In this document: positions 12,398 to 23,033 of the stretch, in pieces
Layout: every line of letters begins with the position of its first letter
How positions within the stretch are numbered: the first letter of the stretch is position 1
From: Chiloscyllium plagiosum
Taxonomy: Eukaryota
Assembly: GCF_004010195.1 (NCBI RefSeq)
Contig: NC_057749.1
Location: forward strand, 20,087,663 to 20,151,662
DNA length: 64,000 nt
Direction: 5' to 3'
Position numbers and translations under genes: made by a program
Notes under the pieces: generated by a model
Told to the model about the DNA's origin: nothing
Seen by the model: the letters and a program-made list of their open reading frames with translations, nothing else
Databases searched by the model: none

Positions 12398-13399
12398 CGA
12401 CCCTCCGAAGAGCATCTTAGCCAGACCCAACCCCTTATCCTATCCCCATAACCCCATATTTACCATGGCTAATCCCATCAAGCATGAGTATCCCTGGGCA
12501 CTACAGGACAATTTGCCATGGCCATTACCTAACTTGCACATCTTTGGATTGTGGGAGGAAACCGGAGCACCCGGAGGGAACCCACGTAGACACGGGGACC
12601 ACAAGTTTCATGGCTTGTGTAACTGAACCCAAATAATTAATGTTTGTCTGTAACAACTGGAGACAGTGACTTTGCATTTATGCTCAAAAAAGCTGTTTGC
12701 CAACATTGTAGACAGTTCCAGTACAGACAATTTCCATATCTTTGTCAGCGCTTCTCTGTTGCAAGTTCTAACATGAAACATTGATTAGACTTTCAGCATT
12801 GTTTCAGGGCTTTTTGGATGCTCAGGGTTTAGCTTCAATCAAAAGACTGAGATCTGTTGGTTTGATTCTGTTTTGCTTCTGGCTTTGTTGTAGCTCATTG
12901 CCAGTAATGTCCGCCTTAACACATTGTACATGTGAAAGTGTTAAATCTGGAATACTGAATAACTTGCCTCCAGGGGTATTGCTAATTCAATTACAAATCA
13001 TGAGTACAAATGTAGTTTGCTATTAGAACATTCTTGCCCAGGTCAATCCTGTCCAAGTGATCACAGTGTGAATACATTGGTTATTTTCAAAGTTCGAAGT
13101 TTGCACAGAGTGTTCATCTCTGAGATTACGGACTGTTGAGTCTTTGCATTTGGTTTAAGCCTTTTTATTTGCATTTTATTGTTATTTGGTTTTGATTTAT
13201 GTCTGGTCCTTTCCTGGAGCAGTGCATTGATGGGTTTTGAATGAGGGTATGTCATACCAAGTGTCTGGAAGAAGGAAGCATTTGCGTAGTTCCTTTCACA
13301 CCTCAGCACAATTAGTAGTCCAGTTATATTTGGTTATCACATGTGGGTGTTGTGCACAGGAAGATCTTTCAGCTGAGAACAGTATGAGTGACTGGATTC

Positions 13400-13749
<350 letters not shown>

Positions 13750-14082
13750 TAGAGGTGGGGTGGTGACTGGCTGTTGCTTCGAATTTGTAATTCATCTAGA
13801 CTGCTGTCGTTTGAAAGCCTCCAGAAGTTGTGGCTTGATGATACAAAGCTGCATTGATCTTGTGGCAGGAACTTGCATGTGGAGGTAAAGTGTCCTTTCA
13901 AGGAAAGTGGTGAGAGGATAGAAGATGTAGATGTGCGAAGGGACTCTGATGTCCTTGTCAATAAGTTAATTGAAGGCTAACATGCAGATGCAGCAAGTTA
14001 TTGGGAAGATTAATGGACTTTTAACCTTTATCACATGAGGATTTGAGTGGAGGATTTGTGAAGTCTTGCTTCAGTAGTATAG

Positions 14083-14580
14083 GGACGATAAAAACTGCAG
14101 ATGCTGGAATCCAGGGTAGACAAGCAGGAGGCTGGAAGAACACAGCAAGCCAGGCAACATCAGGAGGTGAAAAAGTCAACATTTCAGATGTAACCCTTCT
14201 TCAGGACTTGGATGCAGTCCTCTGAGGTGCAGAATTCCAAACATAACATTGAGTTTTTAAAAAACCTTTATCATGGTCCTAAATGGCATCCTTCCTGTTT
14301 GTTTATAAATTAAGGCTTACTCTTGTTCCATTGACAGTCCAGTGGCATTGTTCAAAACTGCTGGTTGAAGCTGGACTGGATTCCTGAAATGATAGGGGAG
14401 AAGGAACTGAGAACCTTCACGGTATTTGAAGGCGATGGCATAGATTAATAGAGGCCTACAGCATGGAAATGGGCCATTTGACCCAACTCAGTCCTGAAGA
14501 AGGGTTACATCCGAAACATTGACTTCTCCATCTTCTGATGCTGTCGGACTTGTGTTCTTCCAGTCTCCTGCTTGTCTACT
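14083..14580. mobile_element. Inverted-arm PLE mini-element enclosing copied local DNA
   Basis: Arms at ~14088-14208 and ~14491-14580 are mutual reverse complements. TSD TTCAGTAGTATAG (14070-14082) / TTCAATAGTATAG (14581-14593). Confidence 0.75.
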
Positions 14581-17500
14581 TTCAATAGTATAGAACTGGT
14601 TAGCCTGCAGCGGAGTATCGTGTATAGTTTTGGTCTCCTTATCTGAGGAAAGATATTTGTGCCAGAGAGGGAGTGCAAGAAAGGTTTACTAGACTTGTTC
14701 CTGTTTTGGTGGTACATCCTGTGAGAAGAGTTTGGACAAACTAAGCCTGTATTCTCCGTAGAGGTTTGAAGAATGACAGGTGACCTGATTGAAACTTGCA
14801 AAATGCTTAAAGAGATTGACAGGGTAGGTGCAGGTAAAATATTTCTGCTGGTTGGGAGGTCAGTAATCCGGGAGCATAATCTATAAATAAGCAGGAAGGA
14901 TGCCATTTAGGACAAACATGGAGGTGGTTGTTTTTAACTCAGTGGGTTATGTTTGGTATTCTGCACCTCCAAGGATTCTGGAAGCTCAGTTTTTGAGTAA
15001 GTAAAGGTTGATAAATTTTTGGTTTATAAAGACAAGAGTGTTAATATAAATAAGAAGCATTGAAGTGTTCAATCAGCCATAGTGATATGAAATGTTGGGA
15101 AAGGCTGAATGGCCTATTCTTGTTCCATTGACAATCCAGTGGCATTTTTTTGAAGCCACTGGTTGATGCTGGGCTGGATTCCTGAAATGATAGGGTAGAA
15201 GGAACTGAGAACCTTCACAGTATATGAAGACGATGGCATAGAGTAAAAGAGGACTGCAGCACAGAAATAGGCCTTTCGGCTTAACTCGTTCACGCCAACC
15301 AAGCTTCTAAACTGAAGTGGTCCTGTTTTCCTGTGTTTGGCTCAACCTTTCCTATCTGTGTACCTGTCCAAATTTCTTTTCAATATTGTAATTGTATCCA
15401 CCTGTACCATTTTTTTCCTGGCAGCTCATTCCATATATACACCACCCTCTCTGTGAATAAATTGCCACTCAGGTTTCTTTTTAACTCTTTCCCCTCTCCC
15501 CTTAAATCTATGCCCCCTAATTTTGGATTCCCTTAACCTGGGGAAAAGACCTTTCCAGTTTAGTAACATCCTCCCAATAGCAGGGCAACCCAGAATTCTA
15601 AGCAGTACTCCAAATGTGGAGTCTTCTACTGTTATAATATGCCATCCCAACTCCTGTATTCTGTGTTCTGACTGAGGAAGGGAAGTGTGCCAAACACCAC
15701 TTCCACCTTTCTGTCTTCATGTGACATCCCTTTCAAGGAACTATGTACCTGCACCCTGAGGTGTGTCTGTTTGACAACACTCCCTAGGCCCCTACCACTA
15801 ACTGTGGTAAATCCTGCCCTGCTTTGTCTTACCAGAATGCGACATCTCACACTTATCTGAATTAAATTCCATCTGTCGTTCCTTGGCCCACTGGCCCTGT
15901 TGATCAAGACCTCACTGTACTCTTAGATAACCTTTTTCACTGTCCGCAGTGAATTTTGGTGTCATCCACAAACTTGCTAACCGTGGCTGCTGTATTCTCA
16001 GTGATCATGACATGAACCAGAAATCCAAAAGCTCAGGTCAATCCTGTGAAGACATGGGTTCAAATCCACAACAGCTGGTGGAATTTAAATTACATTTAAT
16101 AAATTTGCAATGCAGCCTTAATAAAGAACATAAGGACTAGGAGCAGGAGTGGGCTGTCCAGCCATTCGAGCATGCTCCGCCACTCAATAAGATCATGGCT
16201 GATCGTTTTGTGGACTCAGATCCACTTACCCACATTTTCACCATATCCCTTAATTCCTTTATTTTTCATAAAAGTACCTACCTTAGCTTTAAAAGTGATT
16301 ACTGAAGTAGTGTCAACTACTTCCCTGGGCAAGGAATTCCATAGATTAACAACCCTCTGGGTGAAGAAGTTCCTTTTCACTTCAGTTCTAAACCTGCTCC
16401 CTCTAATTTTGACGCCAGGCCCTCTTGTCCTAGTTTCACCTACCAGTGGAAACATCCTATCTATTTCTGTTTTATAGATTGCCCTCATAATTTTATATGT
16501 ATCTATAAGATTCCCCCACCCCATTCTTCTGAATTCCACTGAATATAATCCCAATCTATTCAGCCTCTCCTCATAAGTCAAAGTTGACCAAAAAACAATT
16601 ATTAATTGTTGTAGAAACCCATCTAGGAAAAGAAATCTGTCCTTATCTGGTCTGGCCTACATGTGACTCCACATATAAGTTATATAGTTAAGTCTTAAAT
16701 TGCCCTGTGGACAGCAAGCCGCTCTTAGATAACCACTTTCCCTGTCCACCATATCACCAATTTTGAGGGTAGAAGGCCAATTAGAGATGGGTAACAAGTT
16801 CTGTTCCCCCTTCCTCCGCTTATTTTGCCGTACAAAATCAATGACTTCTGTTAGAATTTGGGGCTCTTATTCAGTAGGGCAGGGCTTAGACAGTTTATGG
16901 TAAGGCCCCTGGGGAGAGTTATTGAACCACACTTGTACCCTGGGGTACAAGTGTAGTTCCATGAAAGTAGCATCAGAGTGGTGACTAAGGCATTTGAACA
17001 CTTGCCTTTGTCAATCATGAGGTTCATGAAGAGGATGCCCTCGTTGTGTTGTCCTATTTGTGTCACCTGATAAATTGGATCCTGCTTGACTGTAATCCTT
17101 CTACCTCAGCAGATTTGTGACTGCTGTCATTTCACCATTTGGGTTTTGAAAGGCAGGTTGTAGTTGCAGTCCATTTTTGGTTTATCCAAAATTGCAGAAC
17201 TGCACTCGAGCATACCAACTTGCTGCTTGTTTGATGAAAGTGTTTCAATCCTTTCTCCTACCTTAAGTCTCTTTGCTAAACCCTACACTAACATTGTCTA
17301 ACTCAGCTGAGCATTCACTTCCCCACTCCCCAGTCTATAAATCTTAATCTACTATTCTTTTGACCTCCCTTTTCTCAGATGCTATTCACAGTAATACTTG
17401 AAGGATAATGTACTTTCATATAAAGAGCATTGGCAGAATCAACCATATTGTTTTGTATGTTATTTTGGGGTGTAGCACACTCGAGCATTAGATACACATT

Positions 17501-18351
17501 GAAATAGAGCAAATTTGGTCAAGATTCCAGCTACTGGCTTGATTTTCTTAATCTGTGTGATCCCAGAATGGATGAAAACATTTGTTGCTATCCGTCAGAT
17601 GTGCTGTGGGTCCCAGGTGAATCGAACATCAATGACAATAGACAATAGGTGTAGAAATAGGCCATTCGGCCCTTCGAGCCAGTGCCACCATTCATTATGA
17701 TCATGACTGATCATCCACAATCAGTATCCTGTTCCTGCCTTATCCCCATAACCCTTGATTCCACTATATTTAAGAGCTCTATCAATCTCTTTCTTGAAAG
17801 TACCCAGAGACTTGGCCTCCACCGACTTCTGGGGCAGAGCATTCCATACACTCACCACTCTCTGGGTGATGAAGTTTCTCCTCAATGATGGAACTTGGGA
17901 GTGGATGACAAACTCTACCATTCAGAGTAACAACGGAGCTTGACTCCACTTGCTTCATATAGATAGCCATGTTAAAATTCTCATTGGGAAGGGAAGCATG
18001 CACCATCTGTGCTGACTTCAATTAGTTTGGAACAGCATGATTAGGTTCATTTATATTTTACATTGAGTTAAGGCAAATGCATCGTGTGCAAATAAAATTT
18101 ACTATTGTGAATGGGTTTGTGCCTGCATTGCAACGTTTGCCTTTTTTTTAACCTTCTATTATAGCTCCTTCGTGTTCCACAAGCTTTCCCATTGCATTCC
18201 CACTGCCTGTAAGAGAGAGGTGTTCCATACATCAGGAGTCTGCATGGAAACTTAGATTAAGATCACATTTAACTCTATGCTAGGACTACACAAATTTTAG
18301 GATCTATTTTTAGCCCAACCTCAAATGGAAGGTATGAAGTAGGACTCAAAA

Positions 18352-18542
18352 AGTACATGATGAAAGTTAACTGCTAACCCTTTCACGCTATGAAGCTTTC
18401 CGAGGGCACTGTGACGGACATTTAACTGAACTTATAACTGAACTGTCGGTGTTGTAACTTGCTTATCTTGTAAAGTTCTCTGGGGCACCTGCGCCTGGAA
18501 TGTAAGTCTGTTGTCTGAAAAGACCGTCACTGGTCTGATGTT
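18352..18542 (+). ncRNA. Candidate intronic box C/D snoRNA/scaRNA (unassigned)
   Basis: C box ATGATGA 18357-18363, D box CTGA 18535-18538, a weak terminal stem, and the D box sits 84 nt upstream of the exon 5 acceptor. Confidence 0.4.
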
Positions 18543-18622
18543 GCTCCTTACTGAGCTGACCTGTGTATTGGGTGGATTTTTTTCTGCCTTGGATTTAATG
18601 TGGTCTGTGTCTTCTCTTGCAG

Positions 18623-18697
18623 GACTTTGGCAGCCTGTCCAATCTGCAGGTCACACAGCCTTCAGTAGGAATGGCCTTCCGGACTCCAAGGATCTAA
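18623..18697 (+). CDS. RPS17: RPS17 exon 5 (to stop)
   Basis: CTTCTCTTGCAG acceptor; encodes [24 protein letters not shown]. Total CDS is 402 nt, or 133 aa. Confidence 0.97.
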   Translation, partial: DFGSLSNLQVTQPSVGMAFRTPRI

Positions 18698-18724
18698 AAT
18701 TATTTGTGTGACATCCCTCTAAAA

Positions 18725-18730
18725 ATTAAA
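18725..18730 (+). terminator. RPS17: RPS17 polyadenylation signal (ATTAAA)
   Basis: ATTAAA 28 nt after the stop, followed by GT/T-rich sequence. An AATAAA near 18816 is an alternative. Confidence 0.65.
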
Positions 18731-20560
18731 CAAAAAGACAAAAATATTGCGTTTGTAATTTTCATTGTTCCACAGGCTGCATTTTCTTCTGACAACCTAC
18801 AGCTGATTTCTGTGAAATAAATGGAGTTTCCACAGGGTTGGTGTGAAATGCTGGCTTCTTGATCAAAAAGCCTTCAGTGATTGTAATTTCTGATATTTTA
18901 CTTTGTGGGGAAGGGGGGTGATGTTGGGGGGATGCTATTCAGTTTCTCCTGTACATCGGTCGGGTTATTGTGGCTGAGCAGAGGTGTGGATAGCCTGGTT
19001 TTGGGGATTGTTGAATCAGATTCCTTGACCAACCTGAAATCTAAATTGTATGGATTTAAACTCGATACCTTGATTTCCTCTGTGCATGACGAAGAGACTC
19101 GTGGAGCCCAATGCTTCCTCTTGCATAGTTACATTGGAAAGACTTGTGCATGCACTGCAGTGATAGGGACTGCTCAGAGTGGCAACTGCGATGACACCAT
19201 CTGACAGCTAACACATGTTTGTTTCTTCTGGCAAATAGCATGGATTTGACTAGAGCAAACTCACGCCTCCACTTGGTGCAAGTAGTTGGGATGGCTTCTG
19301 CAATGGGAAATCATTGGGATCTTTGCTAATTGGGAATTTGAGAAGACTGGCTTGTCAAGGCAGCAGAAACCCAAAGTGAATTATTATATTACATGACTCC
19401 AAGTGATTTGACTGTACCCTGTAACATGCATTTCACTGATTCTCCTGCATTAACTTGAAATCACCCATTGTGTGAACCCATCATTTTAGCAATGTTTAAC
19501 TTGTGTACTATTGATATTTCTGAGACAAGGGTACAACAGAGACCAAATGATGTTGTGCTCACAGGAAAGTTGGCAAACTATTGAATTTCTCCAAGTTGGA
19601 TTGGACCCAAGGTGAGGCTGGTGTCCATTTCTGCGTGCATTGATTGAGCTAAAATAAGAGATGAGCTTTTATGCATGACGAGATAGAACAGAGCTGTGGC
19701 ATGATTGCAATCTGCATTGTGTTTTGCATTGGGCTTAGTCTGAAATGCACACTTCTATACATTCTTCAGTTACATCCACTTATGTCTCTACTCCCTTGAT
19801 GGACAACTGCACCATTAACAATAGCTATTTAGGTATAGCACTCATACTATAAATAATAGCTGTTTCATACACACTGCATTTTAAACAATAGCTGAAATAC
19901 ATCTGAACCATAAACAATATATGTTTGAAATGTTCCAAAGCCAAAAATGATAGCTTTGTGAAACACCCTCCATCATAAACACAAGCAGTATGGTCACACA
20001 GTCACAGATACTGCTAAATACAGAACACATTACAGTGTGGAAACAGGCCCTTCGGCCCAACAAGTCCACACCGACCCGCCGAAGCGCAACCCACCCATAT
20101 CCCTACATTTACCCCTTACCTAATACTACGGGCAATTTAGCATGACCAATTCACATGATCAATATCTCCAAACATTCTTTCTGAAACATGTTTGTTCTTG
20201 TGCATAGGTACAACTTGTGTCCTCATTCTGCATGAAAAGGGAAGATAAAGTTCAAACTCCTTTGTTACTAGTAGTTATAAGCCAATATCTGGCAAGGATG
20301 CTGAGGTCCTGAAAGCATGCCCAGCAGATATGTGCATACTGTAAAACACCTAAAGAATACTAGTAGCTATACATAATCTGCATAAAGACCATCCTTGATT
20401 TTCATATAAAGAACTGGAGTATTCATACTTTAAAACAGTCATAACATCAGCAAGTGGAAGTTGTGCTTAATGATGGTTATAAATTTATAACTAGAGGACT
20501 TGCTGTCACATGACTGTGGCCATACTTGAAAGCAGGCTGTAGGGGTTGTTGGACTTTTTT

Positions 20561-20861
20561 TAGATTAGATTCCCTACAGTGTGGGAACAGGCTCTTCGGC
20601 CCAATCAGTCCACACCGACCCTTCGAAGAGTAACCCACCCAGACCCATTTCCCTCTGACAAATGCACCTAGTGCTATGGGCAATTTAGCGTGGCCAATTC
20701 ACCTGGTCACATCCTTGGACTGTCAGAGGAAACTGGAGCAAACCCACACAGACATGGGGAGAATGTGCAAACTCCACACAGACAGTCACCTGAGGCGGGA
20801 ATCAAACCTGGGACCTTTGTGCTGTGAGGCAGCCGTGCTAACCACAGCCACCGTGCCACCC
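20561..20861 (-). mobile_element. HE1-like SINE; other copies at ~12350-12597(-), 20025-20155(-), 21912-22231(-), 38969-39278(-), 42935-43236(-), 48200-48461(-), 58284-58563(+)
   Basis: Reverse complement of the 4253 element, including A/B boxes and the (AATCT)n tail. Confidence 0.85.
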
Positions 20862-21342
20862 TACATAAGGTTGGTAACCTGTCTGGTGATAGATACAATA
20901 GGGTGAGGGTTAGGGCTAGGCTTAGTGTTAGTGTTGAAGTGTCATTGCAGATATCTGGTTGGAAGTAAGATATGAATGCTTGCTGGATGACTTACCATCC
21001 ATATCTTAGCCCTTGTGAGTTCTACTATAGTCAAGCCAACTGTAGCCATTCAGCAGAGGTGGTGGCACCTGCAATAGGCTTAGGGATATGGTTAGAAAGG
21101 GGCTCAGTAAGACTTGGGATTAGGGGTAGTGTTATGGTCTCCTTGGAGATCACTGGGTGGAGTTGAGTTATCAACATTTACCAATGACTTCCTATCATTC
21201 TTGACAGGTTCTGCTGCAGCCCATCCACCGTTGCCATTCAGGAGAGGTTAGGGTGAGTGTTTATGTTAGGGTCTCCTTGTAGATGACTGGGTGGAAGTGC
21301 GATATCAATGTTGGCCAGATGATGTACTATTCCTATCTTAAC

Positions 21343-23033
21343 TCCCCCAAGATTACCTCATAACAGGGAACAGTTTTATAGGACGTGGCAGCCCTTTTTA
21401 AATTATATTGAAACCGACTTTTTGGCAATATTAGTCAGGGCCGTGGTACAGCCGTGGGAATCTTTACAGGCGCCCCTGGGGCCCTGGGAGGAGGAGACTG
21501 GAAGGAAAAGAATATGGATACTGCAGGGGATACTCCCTGGGATGGGAGCCTCAGTAGAGATGCGATGAGTAAGACAGAATAAAGTAATAAGACATTAACT
21601 AATTTTAAGTAATTTGAATGTAATATAAACTAGTATTTATTTAATATGTTTGTAGTTTAGTTTTAGTTAAGTAGACAGATTTGTTTTGGTGGAATAGTGG
21701 GCTGTTAAGTAACAATGGTATTGTTCGCCGAGCTGGGAATTTATGTTGCAGATGTTTCGTCCCCTGCTAGGTGTTATCCTCAGTGCCTCCTGTGAAGCAC
21801 TTCTGTGATCTTTCATCCGGCATTTGTAGTGGTTTGAATCTGCCGCTTCCGGTTGTCAGTTCCAGCTGACCGCTGCAGTGGTCGGTATATTGGGTCCAGG
21901 TCATGCTAATGATTAGATTAGATTACTTACAGTGTGGAAACAGGCCCTTCGGCCCAACAAGTCCACACCGACCCGTCGAAGCGTAACCCACCATACCCAT
22001 TCTCCTACATTTACCTCTTCACATAAAACTACGGGCAATTTAGCATGGCCAATTCACCTAACCTGCACATTTTTGGATCGTGGGAGGAAACCGGAGCACC
22101 CGGAGGAAACCCACGCAGACACGGGGAGAACGTGCAAACTCCACACAGTCAGTCGCCTGAGGCGGGAATTGAACCCGGGTCTCTGGCGCTGTGAGGCAGC
22201 AGTGCTAACCACTGTGCCACTGTGCCGCCCACGATGTGCTTATTGATTGAGTCTGTGGATGAGTGGCAGGAATTCCCTGGCTGTTCTCTGTTTGGCTTGT
22301 CCTATAATAGTAGTGTTGTCCCAGTTGAATTCATGTTGCTTGTCATCTGCGTGTGTGGCAACTAAGGATAGCTGGTCGTGTTGTTTCGTGGCTAGTTGGT
22401 GTTCATGGATGCGGATCGTTAGCTGTCTTCCTGTTTGTCCTATGTAGTGTTTTGTACAGTCCTTGCATGGGATTTTGTACACTACATTAGTTTTGCTCAT
22501 GCTGGGTATGTCCTTCGTTCTGGTGAGTTGTTGTCATGAGAGTGGCTTTTGGTTTGTGTGCTGTTCTGAGTTTGTGTCCTATTATAGGACAAGCCAAACA
22601 GAGAACAGCCAGGGAATTCCTAGAGGCATGGCACTCATCCACAGATTCAATCAATAAGCACATCGACCTGGACCCAATATACCGACCACTGCAACGGACA
22701 GCTGGAACAGACAACCGTAAGCGGCAGATTCAAACCACTACAAATGTAGGAGGAAAGATCACAGAAGTGCTTCACAGGAGGCTCCCAAGCACTGAGGATG
22801 TCACCTAGACAGGGGACTAAACGTCTGCAACACAAATTCCCAGCTCGGCGAACAGAACCACAACAACGAGCACCCGAGCTACAAATCTTCTCACAAACTT
22901 TGAACAATGGTACGATGTTATGGCCTTGTTCTTTGTACTGTTTTTTTCTGTTTTAATGGTGTTTTTGTTTCTTTATAAATGTTTTGTAACAGATTTAAAA
23001 AAGCTTTTCAGTAAAAATATTTATATAAAAAAA
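21343..23033 (+). mobile_element. L1-clade 3' end (ORF2 C-terminus, 3'UTR, A-tail) interrupted by a PLE
   Basis: EQFYRTWQPFLNYIE resembles the F.K.W.PF..Y end of fish L1 ORF2; T-rich UTR and an A-tail near 23030. Confidence 0.6.
21721..22902. mobile_element. Penelope-like element with inverted duplication of its 3' end (GIY-YIG)
   Basis: Minus ORF NVVYKIPCKDCTKHYIGQTGRQLTIRIHEH. The plus arm ~22576-22860 is the reverse complement of the left arm. Exact 10-bp TSD AACAATGGTA at 21711-21720 and 22903-22912. Confidence 0.9.

Noticed and set aside
14314..14443. Duplicated segment as a pair of H/ACA snoRNAs
   Set aside because: No terminal ACA, and the duplication includes flanking repeat tails; it is explained by the capture event.
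18496..18506. TGGAATGTAAG, resembling the 5' end of miR-1/miR-206 (also near 2825)
   Set aside because: The match stops after 11 nt and there is no precursor hairpin.
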